Position numbers and translations under genes: made by a program
NCBI GenBank assembly: GCA_009103225.1
Contig: RHPI01002069.1
Span: 2,566,846-2,630,845, forward strand
DNA: 64,000 nucleotides
Direction: 5' to 3'
DNA from: Chlorokybus atmophyticus
Taxonomy: Eukaryota > Plantae > Mesostigma and Chlorokybus algae
The notes under the pieces: generated by a model
What the model was told of the DNA's origin: nothing
What the model saw: the letters and a program-made list of their open reading frames with translations, nothing else
The model's database searches: none
Part shown: positions 13,136 to 26,191 of the stretch, piece by piece
Numbering within the stretch: position 1 is the first letter of the stretch
Layout of the letters: each line of letters begins with the position of its first letter

Positions 13136-14652
13136 TAAACAGCACCACACAAACAGCGCCAAGGTAAGAGAGATAGAGAGGAACACAGCACATGGCTCTG
13201 GTTGCCCAATAAGGAATGATGCCAACAATGCTGCCAATGCTTGCACTCAAGCAAGGGCAAACATATATTTATGAGACATGTTATGCTGCGATAAGTTAGA
13301 GTTAGGGCCGCAGTCCAACAACAAAAAGGCAGCTACCACTGGTTATCTTCTTGGAGATCAGTATGCAGTGCTGACTGCTTGCACAGCACGAATTTGTACA
13401 TTCGTCCTGTGCAAGCACGCAGTAAACAGCAACCTCAATGTAAAGCTAGAACTCACGCAATCTGTACTGAGTTGGGCCTCTCCGTCTAAACAAGCACATC
13501 TGGTCAGCTGCTCTGGAATACAGTTGATGCTGGCAAAGCAGCTGTCCGACCAGAGAATTGACAGAAACCACACACCAAACACTCCACCAAGGCCGAGGAA
13601 GTCTATTCGTGCAATTGCAATAGTGAAGGTGCTTGCTGCTCGTCAGTGTACCTACGCTAACAAGCAGCAACTAAGCACTCCTGAGCGCCTTACCAGTGTC
13701 ATTCCCCTGCTTGCTACAATGCTGATGGTGATCGCAGCACCATCACGGTGGGCAGCAAGAATAATGAGGACACCCCTGCTGCCGACCTAGCGTGCAGGAT
13801 GACATCACCGCCGCCGCCACCGCCGCCGCCGCCGCCGCCGCCCAGCTGTAGCCACGCGGCAGCCGCTCCGGAAAGCTGCCAGCTGGCAGAGCCAGTTTGG
13901 GCGTTCGACGCAATGTATTGACGGTGGGCGACGATAATCACATGAAGCAATTTACGAAGGAATTGTGTGATTCGCTCGGGTGGTGTCACACCACTGGTGT
14001 GACACTGGTCACCTGTGGTGTCACCGACAGAGCGGCATGTGGCCCAGAGTGCATGCCATGCATGCGCATTGTCATTTGGATGCATTGATCACTCGGTGCA
14101 TCGCTTCAATGTTGTCCTAATCACAACAAAGACAATTAATAACCTGATCATGGACGGTACGTGTAAGGCATACGCACAAGCTTCAAGCAGGCGTTGAGGT
14201 TAACATGTAGATGGCCAAAAGTCATTGCATCCGCTATTTGAATGTAAACTTTTTGGCATGCAAAATGACGCTTGGTTTAAAATTGTTGTCATGAGATTGT
14301 TCATAACAAGTTGCACAAAGTTCGGCAGTTGGCAAACTTCATGCTATGCGTAAATCAAAGTTCCATATCATGCATGCCATTTGAATAATTCAACACTATG
14401 TACTCTTGCATACATATACCAAAATAATCATAATGAGATAGATATTACGCAGAGTCGTATAATATGAGCCGGGGAGCGTGGCTCATTACTTTAAACTCTA
14501 TGTAAACGCTATGTGCATGCATGCTGTGTGCGTGTAAGTCAACAGGTACAAATGCTTTTGGGCAAAGCAAAAACATATTATATGCTTTGCTGGTGTATGT
14601 CTAATACGGAAAGTGTGTTCTTATTGTGCCACACATGCCAAGAGTACATATC

Positions 14653-14777
<125 letters not shown>

Positions 14778-16534
14778 CGCTCTCGCAAATGTCCAATNTC
14801 CCAGCATTGGGTTTATAAATGCGAACCACGCAACACAAGCCCAATACATCAACGATGCAAACGCACATAATATTAATTAAAAACAAAAACTGCACGCTAG
14901 CATGCATCTGCTGTGTAAGCCTCACGCCAAGAGCACCGTCACGTCCAGCAATGTAGTCATGGAAGTATGTCGTGGTGGTGGCGAACCTCCCGAGCGGCGT
15001 CTATGACCGTCATCGCTTTTCAATGAAACTACACCACGAGTTCATTGCAGTGCACAAGCAATTTGCTGTTGATACGTATTGACAAGAAAGTTAACAGGCG
15101 TGTCGCGCGATCCGAGGGGACAACTCGTGGACGGAGTTGTTTTGAAAATCATAAAACAAATACAACGAATATGCAAACAACTGAATCGGGAAGTTTTTAA
15201 GCTACAACGTCGTTTGGATTATGAATAAGTTGCACAAGATTGGAGGCAACTAACTTTGAATGTCTTACGTCAACTGCTGATACGATGTGTTCATTATGAT
15301 ATAATTAGCACATAGTGTGTTGTGGTAAACGTTTACCATCTTGACCATATTGCGTTGTATCATCTTTTTAAATTGTAATTGATATTTATCATAGATGTTG
15401 GCAAATTTGCCATCTACAATATCCGATGTTGTTGTACATTGTGTGTAATGCTCGTGTTTGCATTTTGCAAGGGCTGCGTGTGTCGAAGCACTTAATCACT
15501 GAGTACTTGGTGCACTTTGATATTTTCAATGTTACATGCAAGCTCATCTTATCACGTGGCTTTTGGCAGCTATTTAAACTTGCATGTCATGATTTATTTA
15601 ACATATGATGAATGTCACAATGAGCTACTTAATCTATGCCGTGCAATTGCGATGCATCCATGCAACCAACACAATGTTATTGCGCATCCCGCAAAAGTTG
15701 CACATCCTCTCCCTATCGTAACTACATTGCGTGCGATTCTCGACATATTGAGCAAATTTTCACTAATGATTGCAAGCTCGGCGCGCAGTCGACCGCTTCA
15801 GCCCACTGAGCATCAATTGCCCGCATTTACGCAAAAACTTGGTATTTACCACTCGCGAGCATTGCGAGCTTGAACGCACAGCGTAATAAATCCGCAAGCG
15901 GCGCGCCGGACCATTAAGCCACAAAATTGCATCAGGCATTGCATGCAAACATTTTTATTCATCAACTAACAGTAGTCAACTGACATTGCCACTACCCAGG
16001 CCAAATACATATTGGAGTAATGAACTAATTACTTTGATTACCCCGTCCGAGTTCCCGTCGGACTCCCCGGCGCATAGCGCTTGGCCCAACTTCTTTTCTG
16101 TTTCAAGGGTTTATGGCCGTCAGAAAATCGGCCAAACAAGAGCTACAGCCGAAAAGGGGTTATAACATGATATGATGTAGTGCTTTATGCTACGCGTGTT
16201 GCTTGTCTTGATGGCCAAGTCCTTTAGTCCACAACACATCAAGCCATAGGTCGTGCTTTCAAAATCCCGTCCCATCCGTGGCACTAATTGGTGTAAAATA
16301 TCAGCTATTATCTGCAATTAATTCGCAATGGGCGGGAGCGTCTTGCTGCGCGCCGAGTAGTTAGCAAATTTGCCTAACATGTCGAGTGGTGTCATTTCCC
16401 GCACTTCACACTTGTGAGTCCTATCAGTTGTACCATGCTTCAAGGAAATGTGTGCATGTATGATTAGCACAACACTTCCATAATAGGTATTAAACATAAA
16501 AAAACATTATGTGTGCATAACAACAGGTTGTGCG

Positions 16535-17060
16535 TGTAACGGGAGCAATAATAATAGGGGTATTATTGCTACCTAAATAACACATTTTGTATGAATAAGT
16601 ATTTAAATATGCTTATTTATACCTCTTTTCTACGGTTCCTCGCTTATTAAAGGCTATGATGCTTTATCATAGCTTAAATAAGTCCCAATGGGTGTAGAAC
16701 CGCTTATTCAAGCCTATTTAGTGTCACATTTGATATAATATGATCACTATCTCGTTAGGTACCTTACGATAGGTATCTTTGGATAGGTACCTTATCGATA
16801 GGTACCTTATCTGAGCTGTGATTGGCTCACGCTGGATTTCCTAACTACCCTATCTGTAGGGTTGATGTCTAGTTGTGAGTTAATTATCGAGAGGTATATA
16901 GCTGATATACTCTTGATATAAAAGGTCTCATCAATTTGATGTGAGCACTTTCAGTTCCCTGCTCAGTGGCGGCCACGCCGTTGAAAGGCTTGTCATAGGC
17001 GGTGTGGGTGTTGGGGTAGAGGATTGAAGGGGCATCACCGGCGACGGTGGTGCTGTTACA
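16535..17060 (+). repeat. Gypsy 5' LTR
   Basis: TGTAAC...GTTACA; about 17 substitutions versus the 3' LTR by manual comparison (~97% identity). Confidence 0.97.
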
Positions 17061-17061
17061 T

Positions 17062-17075
17062 TGGTATCGGGGAGC
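17062..17075 (+). promoter_or_regulatory. Primer-binding site (TGGTATCGGGGAGC, resembles the tRNA-iMet-type TGGTATCAGAGC)
   Basis: TGG-starting motif 1 nt after the 5' LTR. Confidence 0.7.
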
Positions 17076-17990
17076 TGGGGGGTGACGTGGGTACTTATAG
17101 GGGGCGGCGACCTGCTTTCGGCCAATCAAAAGGCGGCGGCCTCCTATTCGTCCACGCAGCTCAAGCTTCAAGTTCGCTTCCCTGCGCTACCTCCACGTTA
17201 AAGCCACCTATCAAAGAGGCGGCCTCTCCACGTGTGAGGTACCATCACACACGTCGGTGACTTGCCTGCTTGCCTGCTTGTCAGCTGCTTGCCAGGTGCT
17301 TGCCAGGTGCACGTGTGTACTTTCATGCACATCACACAGTGATTTGGCAGTGCACTATCATTGCTTGCAGTGATTGCCTGTCATTGCATGCGGTAATTGC
17401 TGCTTGCTAGTGTGCCATCACTGTTTGTCACACTTAGTGCACTATCATTGCTTGCAGTGATTGCCTGTCATTGCATGCGGTGATTGCTTGTCATTTTGCT
17501 TGCCAGTGCATGTCACAGTTAGTCACCATACGGCTTGCCTGTTGCATGCCTGTGGCTTGCCTGTTGCATGCCTGTGACGTACCTGTGACCTGCCAGTGGC
17601 TTTGCCGGGTCGTTTGACCCGGGTCCGTAATTTCAAACCAAACTGTTCCCAAACCCTCCCCCTCTGGCTTCGGCCTGGAGATCGGGACTTGGTTAGAACA
17701 GTTGTGGGGAGGTTCTAAGACATTCTGTTCCCAAACCCTGTTAGTCTGAAACCCTCCCCCTCTGGCTTCGGCCTGGAGATTGGGACTTGGTTGAGGACAA
17801 CACAGGGTTAGGACATTTTCCCACTCAGACTTGTTCTGTTTGGTGACACTCCAAAACTAACCTTTCCTATTTTGGGACTGGTTTGGACTCTGTTTGGGAA
17901 TTTTACAACTTGGGGTCATTTTAATCCTCTCGTTGAACCTGGTCCATTGGTGAGGTTCTCACCATCCCATTCTGCCTGTTTTGCAGACAA

Positions 17991-20900
17991 ATGGAAGAAA
18001 ACTCGGTGCCCACCTCAAAAGGGGAGAGCTCGGAAAAGGAGCAACCTTCCCGTGAAGAGGAATTTCCATCCATGGAAGATATTCCGAATCCGGATGATGC
18101 ACCTGATGAGTCTCAAGCTGCCAAAGCTGCGGAAGCTTCAGTGGATGATAGATCACCTTCTATATTCCCTGAGTTTTCTATTCGCATGACACAGCAGGAC
18201 TTGTTGGAGCATTTCCTTAGCACCTATGATCAGGACCCTCGTGAGGCAATTGTCTCATTCGTGAACTTTCTCTTCCTTTTGGCAGAAAAAGTTTCAAAGC
18301 TCACCACCTTTATGGGGCGAGATTGGGAGGGGCAGATGGGTGAAGGCAAACGTGTTTTGAACATTATCGAGCGTCTTCAACGTGCTGATGGTGGTCCATC
18401 TGTTCAAGCTCTTGCTCGTCCTGCCGAGTTTGTTCCCAACAAGCAAGCGGCCATTTTCGACTGGCTTGTGAAGCTGCGACACTATGTCAACTCCCTTCAC
18501 ATTTCTGAGGAGGGGAAGTTGCGTGTAGCTGAGTTGCTGATTCCGAATGATGCCCTTGCAGAGTGGTATCGCCGTAAGCAACGTGATGTGAGCCTCGGGC
18601 GGGAAGTAATCAGTTGTGCTCTTTCATGGAACAGCGCTATGGTGGTGCAGATCCTGCCCAGGTTGCTCGCAACCAGCTACACAATCTGCGTCAGAACGGA
18701 CGCCCAGTCCAGCAGTATATCCAGGACTTCCAGTCTTTTGTCAGCAAGATCAATGCTGGCAAACTACCTATCAGTGATGCTGATCAGCTGGATATGTTCA
18801 GGCGTGGCTTGGACACAGATCTCGTGCAGCATGTGGCCGTCAACCCCGCGAGTTTGCAAGAGTGGGCCTCGACGGATTTACCAATGCTGATGCAGATGGT
18901 TGCTGCTGTGGACAGTGTAAAGCGCTCTCGCAAACATGCAAACCACGGCAAAAGAGGCAGCCCCGGTTTCAGTTGCAAAGCGCCCGGCCACTGACAACAA
19001 ACCTTTTGTGAAAAAGGCAAAAACATCTCATCCTGCTAGCCCCTACAACGCGGCCAAATCCATCATCACTTGCAGTTTCTGCAAGAAGACAGGTCATGGG
19101 GAGGCTAAGTGCTATGCAAAATAGAATGCGCACAAGGCCAAGCAGCAGAGAAACAAGAAATAGGAATTGTCCGTGGTTTGTAGCTTAGTCGAGCAGAACG
19201 ACTTTAAAAACTCTGTACTTCTTGATAAAGTTTCCTCTCTTTGTGATGTATCAGATGTATGGACTGATATGAGCACACCACCTGTTTTGACAAATGCAAA
19301 CGGTTGTGTTTTAATCAATGTTCCATTATCTGAATTAGTAACTGCTGTTAAGCACTTACACGAGTTGCAATTACAACATGCTGTCACTGCATGTGTAGTT
19401 ATCCCTCGATATCATGGCCCGTGGTCGCGATTGTTGAAAGGGGGAGAAGTAATCATGCAACTCTCACGCAAAGATACAGGAGCTTCACCATTGCAAGTGA
19501 TCTTTATCAAGTCTGCTACCAATCACGGCACTCCGACATTAGCTACATTTGATGGTCACTCAGTGCCATTCAAATGGAGATTTGAGAGTCAACTTATGGG
19601 TACACCATGTACAGCATTGATTGATACTGGTGCAAACCATAACTTTGTTGAACATGCTTGGGTGAAACGTAATAACATTCCTTTCACACCAGTCACGTCA
19701 TATGTACGTGCTGCTGGTTCCACTCTCAATGCAATGGGAGAGGTAAAAGGGCGTTTTGTTATTAATGGCCATATAACCCGACCAGCCTTCATCGTGGTGG
19801 ATATTGGTATCCCCGGGGTGGATGTTGTTTTAGGGGAACAATGGCACACTGAAGCAGGTTTACAATTAGACTCTCGAGCCAATACGTGCACCCTTCGTGA
19901 AGGGAAACGTAGGATGACTTTAACAGCATCTGTACTCGCACGTATACCTCGCGATAATGTTCCGCTCCTCTCTGTTATGCAATTGAAACGTTGCATGCGT
20001 AAATGTGAGGAAGTATACTTACTGCACTTACGACAGGTGGAAACACCTGCTGAACAGGCTATCAGTGACCCTGTGGTGCAGTCACTTACGGAACAATACG
20101 CAGATGTATTTCAGGATGAACTCCCAGAGTTGCCTCCCGATCGAAACATACATCATACCATTCCATTGGAGGAGGGGGCAAAGCCACCTTGGCGGCCTAT
20201 ATACAGGCTAAGTCCCTTAGAGCACGCGGAGATGGAAAAACAGCTGAAAGAGTTATTGGCCAAAGGTTTAATAACAAAGAGCATATCTCCTTTCGGTGCA
20301 CCTTCATTGTTTGTGCCCAAAAAGAATAGCAAGCTACGCATGTGTATTGATTACTGTGCGTTGAACAAGGTAACTGTGAAAAACAGATACCCTTTGCCTC
20401 GGATTGATGATTTGTTTAATAAGCTGTCAGGTGCAACAGTGTTCAGCACGCTGAATTTGACCAGTAGTTATCATCAAATCAAAATCCACCCGTCGGATAT
20501 ACGAAAAACTGCATTTCGCACCCCACTAGGACACTTTGAGTACAAAGTGTTACCATTTGGGTTAACAAATGCACCGGCTACATTTCAGACAGCAATGAAC
20601 GCGGTATTTGCTGATGAAGTGTACAAGTTTGTACTGGTACATCTAGACGACATTATTGTGTTCAGCAAAACCCGGGAGGACCACCACAGGCATGTGGAAT
20701 TGGTTCTAGCTAAGTTACGCGAACACAAATTCTATGCCAACCTGTCCAAATGCAACTTTGCAAAGGATGAACTACCCTTTTTAGGGCATGTGATTGGCAA
20801 GAAGGATTGAAACCAGATCCTCAAAAGGTGTGTGCGGTAAAGGATTGGCCACCACCCAAGGATGTACATCAGTTACGTGCTTTCTTGGGGCTAGCCAATT

Positions 20901-22892
20901 ATTTCCGCAAGTTCATGCGAGCATATTCTGGCATGGCAAATCCTTTAACATCTTTACTAAGAAAAGATGTTAAATTTGTGTGGACGGAGGCACACGAGGT
21001 TGCTTTTACACGCATTAAAGATGCATTAACGCAAGCCCCTGTGTTAGCCTTCCCCGACCACACCAAGCCCTTTGTGGTGATCAGTGATGCTTCCACCATT
21101 GGGTGTGGGGCAGTCCTTCTACAGGATCACAGACCATGTGCATATGAAAGCAGAAAGTTCATTCCTGCTGAACGTAATTACACAACCACTGAGCAGGAAT
21201 TGCTCGGGGTGGTGCACGCGCTGCGCACATGGCGTTGCTACTTGGAAGGGGTGGAGTTTTCAGTGATTACTGATCACAACCCGCTCACATTCTTTCATAC
21301 GCAACAAAATCTGTCGAGGCGGCAAGCTAGGTGGAATGAATTCATTTCTCGTTTCACTTTCACTTGGCAATACCGTCCGGGTCGCACCAATGTGGCGGAT
21401 CCACTAAGTCGCAGCCCTGCTCTTTTGGCACTTACGCGCTCTCGAAGTACGCGTAATGTACAACAGCCTGAAGATCCTTTCGTAAAGGAAGTGTCCGCAG
21501 GTTATAACTCAAATGATTGGTTTAGCAGTCAAACCAACTTGCAACAGCTTACTGCTGTTAGCAATTTGTGGCATAAAGGGGAGCAATTGGCAATTCCCAA
21601 CTCGGGCGACTTGCGTAAGCAATGCTTACATTCAGTGCATGACCCGCCGTATGCTGGGCATTTGGGGAAACACAAAACACTCAAATCTGCGCAACAGTTA
21701 TACTGGTGGCCGTCAATGTCAGCTGACGTGGATCAATATGTTCGCACATGTGACGTGTGTCAACGTAATAAGCCACTACGACAAAAACAAGCGGGATTGC
21801 TTAAACCATTGGCAATTCCAAAACAAAAGTGGGACAGTGTCAGTATGGATTTGATTACTGACCTACCTGAAACAGCAGCTAAATACACTGCTATTGTGGT
21901 TTTCGTCGACCGTTTGACTAAAATGGTGCATTTTGCCCCGTGTTGCACAACTGTAAGTGCACGGGACTTGGCACACTTATTTGTGTCCACGGTCTTTCGC
22001 GTTCACGGTGTACCGCGTGAACTTGTCACAGATCGTGATCCTCGGTTTGTCTCCAAGTTTTGGCGAGAAGTCTGTGAATTGTTGGGGGTAAAACAAAGCA
22101 TGTCGACTGCTTTCCACCCGCAAACGGCCGGTCAAATTGAGCGAGCAAATCAAATACTGGAAGAAATGCTTCGCCACTATGTGGCTCCTAATCATGCTGA
22201 TTGGGACAGGTACTTGCCAATGGCAGAATTCGCTGTGAACAACACGTGGCAGGAAAGTGTAAAGGAAACCCCATTTTTCTTGAATTATGGGATTCGCCCG
22301 AACACACCAGCGTCATTGCGTGTACCTCGCAATGCCCTGACTGTACCAGCGGCAAAGGAATTTGCCACTGATATGCAAGAAAATTTGGCTCGAGCCAAGC
22401 TGTGTCTGTCAGAAGCAGGACAGGCAAAAAGCTTATGCTGATACACATCGAAAAATGGCCACTTTCGATGTCGGCGATAAAGTTTTGCTTAACGCAAAGA
22501 ACATAACCATCAAAAGTACGGGTGCTCGCAAGTTGCTGCCCCGATGGTTAGGTCCATTCTCTATCACTGATAAAGTTGGTACGCACGCTTATCGACTGCA
22601 ATTGCCCCCAAGTGTGCGTATACACAACGTGTTCCATGTAAACTTGTTGAAACCTTACCGCTCAGACGGTAGAACACAGCCTCCACCACCGCCAGTTGAG
22701 GTGGACAGCGAGCTCGAATACGAGGTGGAAGCTATATTGAACCATAAGCTAAATAGTCGAGGACGCGCAACTCGCTATTTGGTGAAATGGAAAGGGTATG
22801 GCCCGGAACATAACAGTTGGGAGCCCGACAGGCATCTTACGCACTGCCGCGAGTTGCTTCGAGCTTATTGGGATTCATATCCTGTCCCATAA
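17991..22892 (+). pseudogene. Gypsy gag-pol with frameshifts and stops (CCHC knuckle, protease, RT, RNase H, integrase, chromodomain)
   Basis: CSFCKKTGHGEAKC; ALIDTGANHNF; RT KNRYPLPRIDDL and PFGLTNAPATFQ with catalytic YxDD changed to HLDD; RNase H VISDAS and TDHNPL; integrase HDPPYAGH..CDVC, VTDRDPRF, ERANQILE; chromodomain YEVEAILNHK..YLVKWKGYGPEHNSWEP. Confidence 0.95.
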
Positions 22893-23026
22893 ACTGTGGG
22901 CTTGATTTTATGACAAACTGGCAGTGCAATTTCATTACCACCCTGTCATTTCCTGCTATCTCACTGGTTACAATTACTCGAAATCAAGCCTGATCAACTT
23001 GAGTTCAACGAGGACGTTGAAAACCT

Positions 23027-23039
23027 AAGTGGGGGGGAA
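23027..23039 (+). promoter_or_regulatory. Polypurine tract AAGTGGGGGGGAA
   Basis: Immediately precedes the 3' LTR. Confidence 0.85.
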
Positions 23040-23565
23040 TGTAACGGGAGCAATAATAATAGGGGTATTATTGCTACTTAAATAACACATTTCGTATGAA
23101 TAAGTATTTAAATATGCTTATTTATACCTCTTTTCTACGGTTCCTCGCTTATTAAAGGCTATGATGCTTTATCATAGCTTAAATAAGTCCCAATGGGTGT
23201 AGAACCGCTGATTCAAGCCTATTTAGTGTCACATTTGATATAATGTGATCACTATCTCGTTAGGTACCTTACGATATGTATCTTTGGATAGGTACCTTAT
23301 CGATAGGTACCTTATCAAAGCTGTGATTGGCTCACGCTAGATTTCCTAACTACCCTATCTGTAGGGTCGATGTCTAGTTGTGAGTTAATTATCCAGAGGT
23401 ATATAGTTGATATACTCTTGATGTAAGAGGTCACATCAATCTGATGTGGGCACTTTCAGTTCTCTGCTCAGTGGCGGCCACGCCGTTGAAAGGCTTGTCA
23501 TAGGCGGTGTGGGTGTTGGGGTAGAGGATTGAAGGGGCATCACCGGCGACGGTGGTGCTGTTACA
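23040..23565 (+). repeat. Gypsy 3' LTR
   Basis: Direct repeat of 16535-17060. Confidence 0.97.
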
Positions 23566-23658
23566 GTGCGTGTTGGCAGAAGTTTGCCAGCACCATTGGC
23601 ATATAAATGTAATAGATAATCGTTAAAACATGCAAATCATAAACAATAAAGGCTTGCT

Positions 23659-23835
23659 GTTGGCACAAATCTAACAACAGAGTGAATGCACCATGTGCGT
23701 TGTCACGTGGTAGATCATGCCAATAACACAGAGTAGTTGGCAATGTATTTACAACAGAATGAATGCACCATGTGCGTTGTAACGTAATAACTCGTGCCAA
23801 TAACATGGAGCAGTTGGCAAAGTATTGACAACAGC
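23659..23835. repeat. 77-bp tandem repeat (~2.3 units) in the subterminal region of the TIR element
   Basis: GTTGGCA..ACAACAG..TGAATGCACCATGTGCGTTGT..TGCCAATAACA units start at 23659, 23736 and 23813. Confidence 0.85.
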
Positions 23836-24608
23836 TTGCCCGCCGAGATGGCAAAGGTTTAACAACATGGTGGCAACAGTTGTTGCGCGATTGCGAAAAT
23901 CAGCGCGTTTCACAAACAACATTTCCGTCCACGACTTATCCCCCCGGATCGTGCGACACGCCAACATACGATTGGTATACAGTACCCTACGCTGAACCAC
24001 ATGAGGCGCAATGGGACATGAGCTCGTCGAAAGTATTCCATTACTACCACGACCGTAGGCAAACTATTTGATGGGTTGATGTTGTTTTCTTTCTTGAAAA
24101 CACAACAAACACCTGTAAAATTCAGCTTAACATGCAAGATGTGTCAAATGGCTACCGCTCTATTTGTTCACTGTGTAATAACGATGTCTCAAATGCGGGT
24201 AAATGGTGCCTCAACAATTGCGTCAAACCAACTTCTTAGTGGATAATGTGCGATTACCTTCAAGGACACAGCAACATTTGACAAGGCTAGATCGAAGGCA
24301 TGCTTAATAATCGCGCAGAGGGCAAAGTAGGTTCAATACACAGCTATAGATACTTCTCAGCATGCTACTCAGGTTATACTCGCTGAAAGCCGATCAAGTT
24401 GTTTACCACAATCATGGAGGTCTAGTAATACAGCACATGTAGATCCGACAAGTATTACATGTGAATGTTGTGTGTTGCACAGTACATACTTATGGAAAAA
24501 GTCCTGACACTAGGGAAGGAATGAATACCATATACTGCTTAAGGTGTTCAACTAGGGTACACTCACTTGCTGCACTACAACCGTGTGTGGAGCTCAACCT
24601 AGGGGAGC

Positions 24609-26191
24609 TTACAGCAGCACGACTGCCGCAGCCACAGTTGCGACCACACCTGCCAAGGACATCAAAACAGTGTTTGCACTGTTGCTCTCAGGGCCAGGAG
24701 CAGGAGCAGGAGTAGGGCCAAAGACGAAAGGGGAGGGTGTGAAGAAGGGTGTGGGTGCGCCTATGGGGGTCGAGCCATTAATGACCGCTGGAGGCGCAGG
24801 GGTGGGAGACACCACCGGTGAGACTGTGGGGGGGGCAGCGATGGGGCTGGTAGGGAAGCTAGCGTACGTGATGACCACATATGCGGGTGTAACAGGCAGA
24901 TTCACTCCCAGGGTGGTCACATTCTGTGAAGGTGGATGAGAGATTATAGCAGTGAGTGTACATCAACATGCCATTGCATTATGTGCTCCTTGAACTTACC
25001 GCCGGTGATGCAAGAGGAGTGCCGGGGTCATTGAAGTCGAGTGTGCTGTTCAGGACACCAGCGTCGTAGGCCGGCAGGTCAACGGTTGTGGTGAGCACCC
25101 AGAACCCGTTCTGGCACAACTCTTGATTCGCCAACCCCACGAACCTGTAAGGAATAGTTGTCAAGACATCTACACATGTCGACACTGTCATAGCTGCTGG
25201 TCTACCAGGAGCAATGCTCGTTACCAGTCAGAAGAGGGCAGCATCTTGGCAGCCACAGAGAACAAACTGAAGTTGGATGTGAAGGTGAGAGAGACTGGGT
25301 AACTCCCTTCGGCCGCGACACCTGCACAGTCCAACATAATGTCTCACCCATTGTTGCGAGCCGATTGAAGTGCGATTTGCGCTGCCAACGCAGTCTGACC
25401 TGTGTCTGAAATAACTGCACCATTAATGGCTGTTCCGGCGAGAGCTGTGGCAGCATCTTTCAAGGAGGTGACATTGTCACCACCAGGTGAGGAGAGCCAT
25501 GCCTGCAGAATAAACCCTCACGTTTACCCTTTCACATAGAATTCATTGTGCAGCCTGCGCCTACTTACATCAGAACACAACCCATCTTACCGCAACAGGG
25601 GGGATTGCTGGTTCGCCAGGGACGAAGAGCTGAATGCTCCTGTACAAGGCTGCATGTTAGCAGTCTCTCATGTGGTGTCAACAATGTGCTTTGAGGGCTT
25701 GCTGGTGGCAAGCAACAGCCGCACTTACAGGTTGTGGCTGACGAAGGCGACTGGGCCAAAGGCTGCACCTGTAGGGAAGAGCCCTGGCTGGTTGGTGGAG
25801 TTCCACTTGCCGACAAATGTTATGTCGTAGATGGCGGGATCTGCATTCAGAATGTACTTAGCTACAGGAGTCAGCTTTGCTGGACCAGCTTACGCCTTGC
25901 TTTGAGACAATGCAATTGTGGACACTGCATGCAACAACGGAGAAGCAAGTGTGCATTGACTGGAGCAAGCAAGCACCAAACCATGCACGCAGCCAAGCAG
26001 GCAGCAAAACGAGCAGCATGGACCAACCAGCACAGCCAGGCATGCATGGTCACAACACCGCGAGGCAGCGAGCAAGCCAGCAAGCAGGGAGTCCACCAGG
26101 CCGAACCTGTGCAAGGGATTGACTGCGCCTGAGCCACAGAGGCCAGCACCGCCAAGGCGGCGACGAGCGTCAAAGCACCGGCGACCCTCAT
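24609..26191 (-). CDS. Secreted Spondin_N (F-spondin/mindin N-terminal)-like protein with Pro/Thr stalk and C-terminal hydrophobic (GPI/TM) anchor; multi-exon
   Basis: ATG at 26191 with signal peptide MRVAGALTLVAALAVLASVAQA. Exons read AIYDITFVGKWNSTNQPGLFPTGAAFGPVAFVSHN, IQLFVPGEPAIPLLR, FSLFSVAAKMLPSSDW and FVGLANQELCQNGFWVLTTTVDLPAYDAG, matching the Spondin_N pattern (Y.VTF.G.W..P..FP, S..SM..PSPDWFVG, LC..G.W, DL.P.DAG). The last exon is TPAP-rich and ends LMSLAGVVATVAAAVVLL*. Confidence 0.72.

Larger units (their letters stand above)
16535..23565 (+). mobile_element. Ty3/gypsy chromovirus LTR retrotransposon, full length, non-functional
   Basis: Two 526-bp TG..CA LTRs, 5-bp TSD GTGCG (16530-34, 23566-70), PBS, PPT, and gag-PR-RT-RH-IN-chromodomain order. 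Confidence 0.97.
15097..23962. mobile_element. Non-autonomous TIR DNA element (~1.8 kb net) interrupted by the gypsy insertion; superfamily unclear
   Basis: GGCGTGTCGCGCGATCCGAGGGGACAACTCGTGGACGGA at 15097 is an imperfect inverted repeat of TCCGTCCACGACTTATCCCCCCGGATCGTGCGACACGCC ending at 23962. AACA flanks both ends (15093-96, 23963-66). No internal coding capacity recognised. Confidence 0.62.

Noticed and set aside
16020-16110. GC-rich hairpin GTCCGA..TCGGAC suggestive of a tRNA/SINE
   Set aside because: No cloverleaf or A/B boxes discernible. No tRNA or rRNA gene was recognised anywhere in the window.
19122-19163. TAG between gag and pol as a programmed read-through site
   Set aside because: Two TAGs occur 13 codons apart in an element with many other lesions; C>T decay of CAG codons in a fused gag-pol is simpler.
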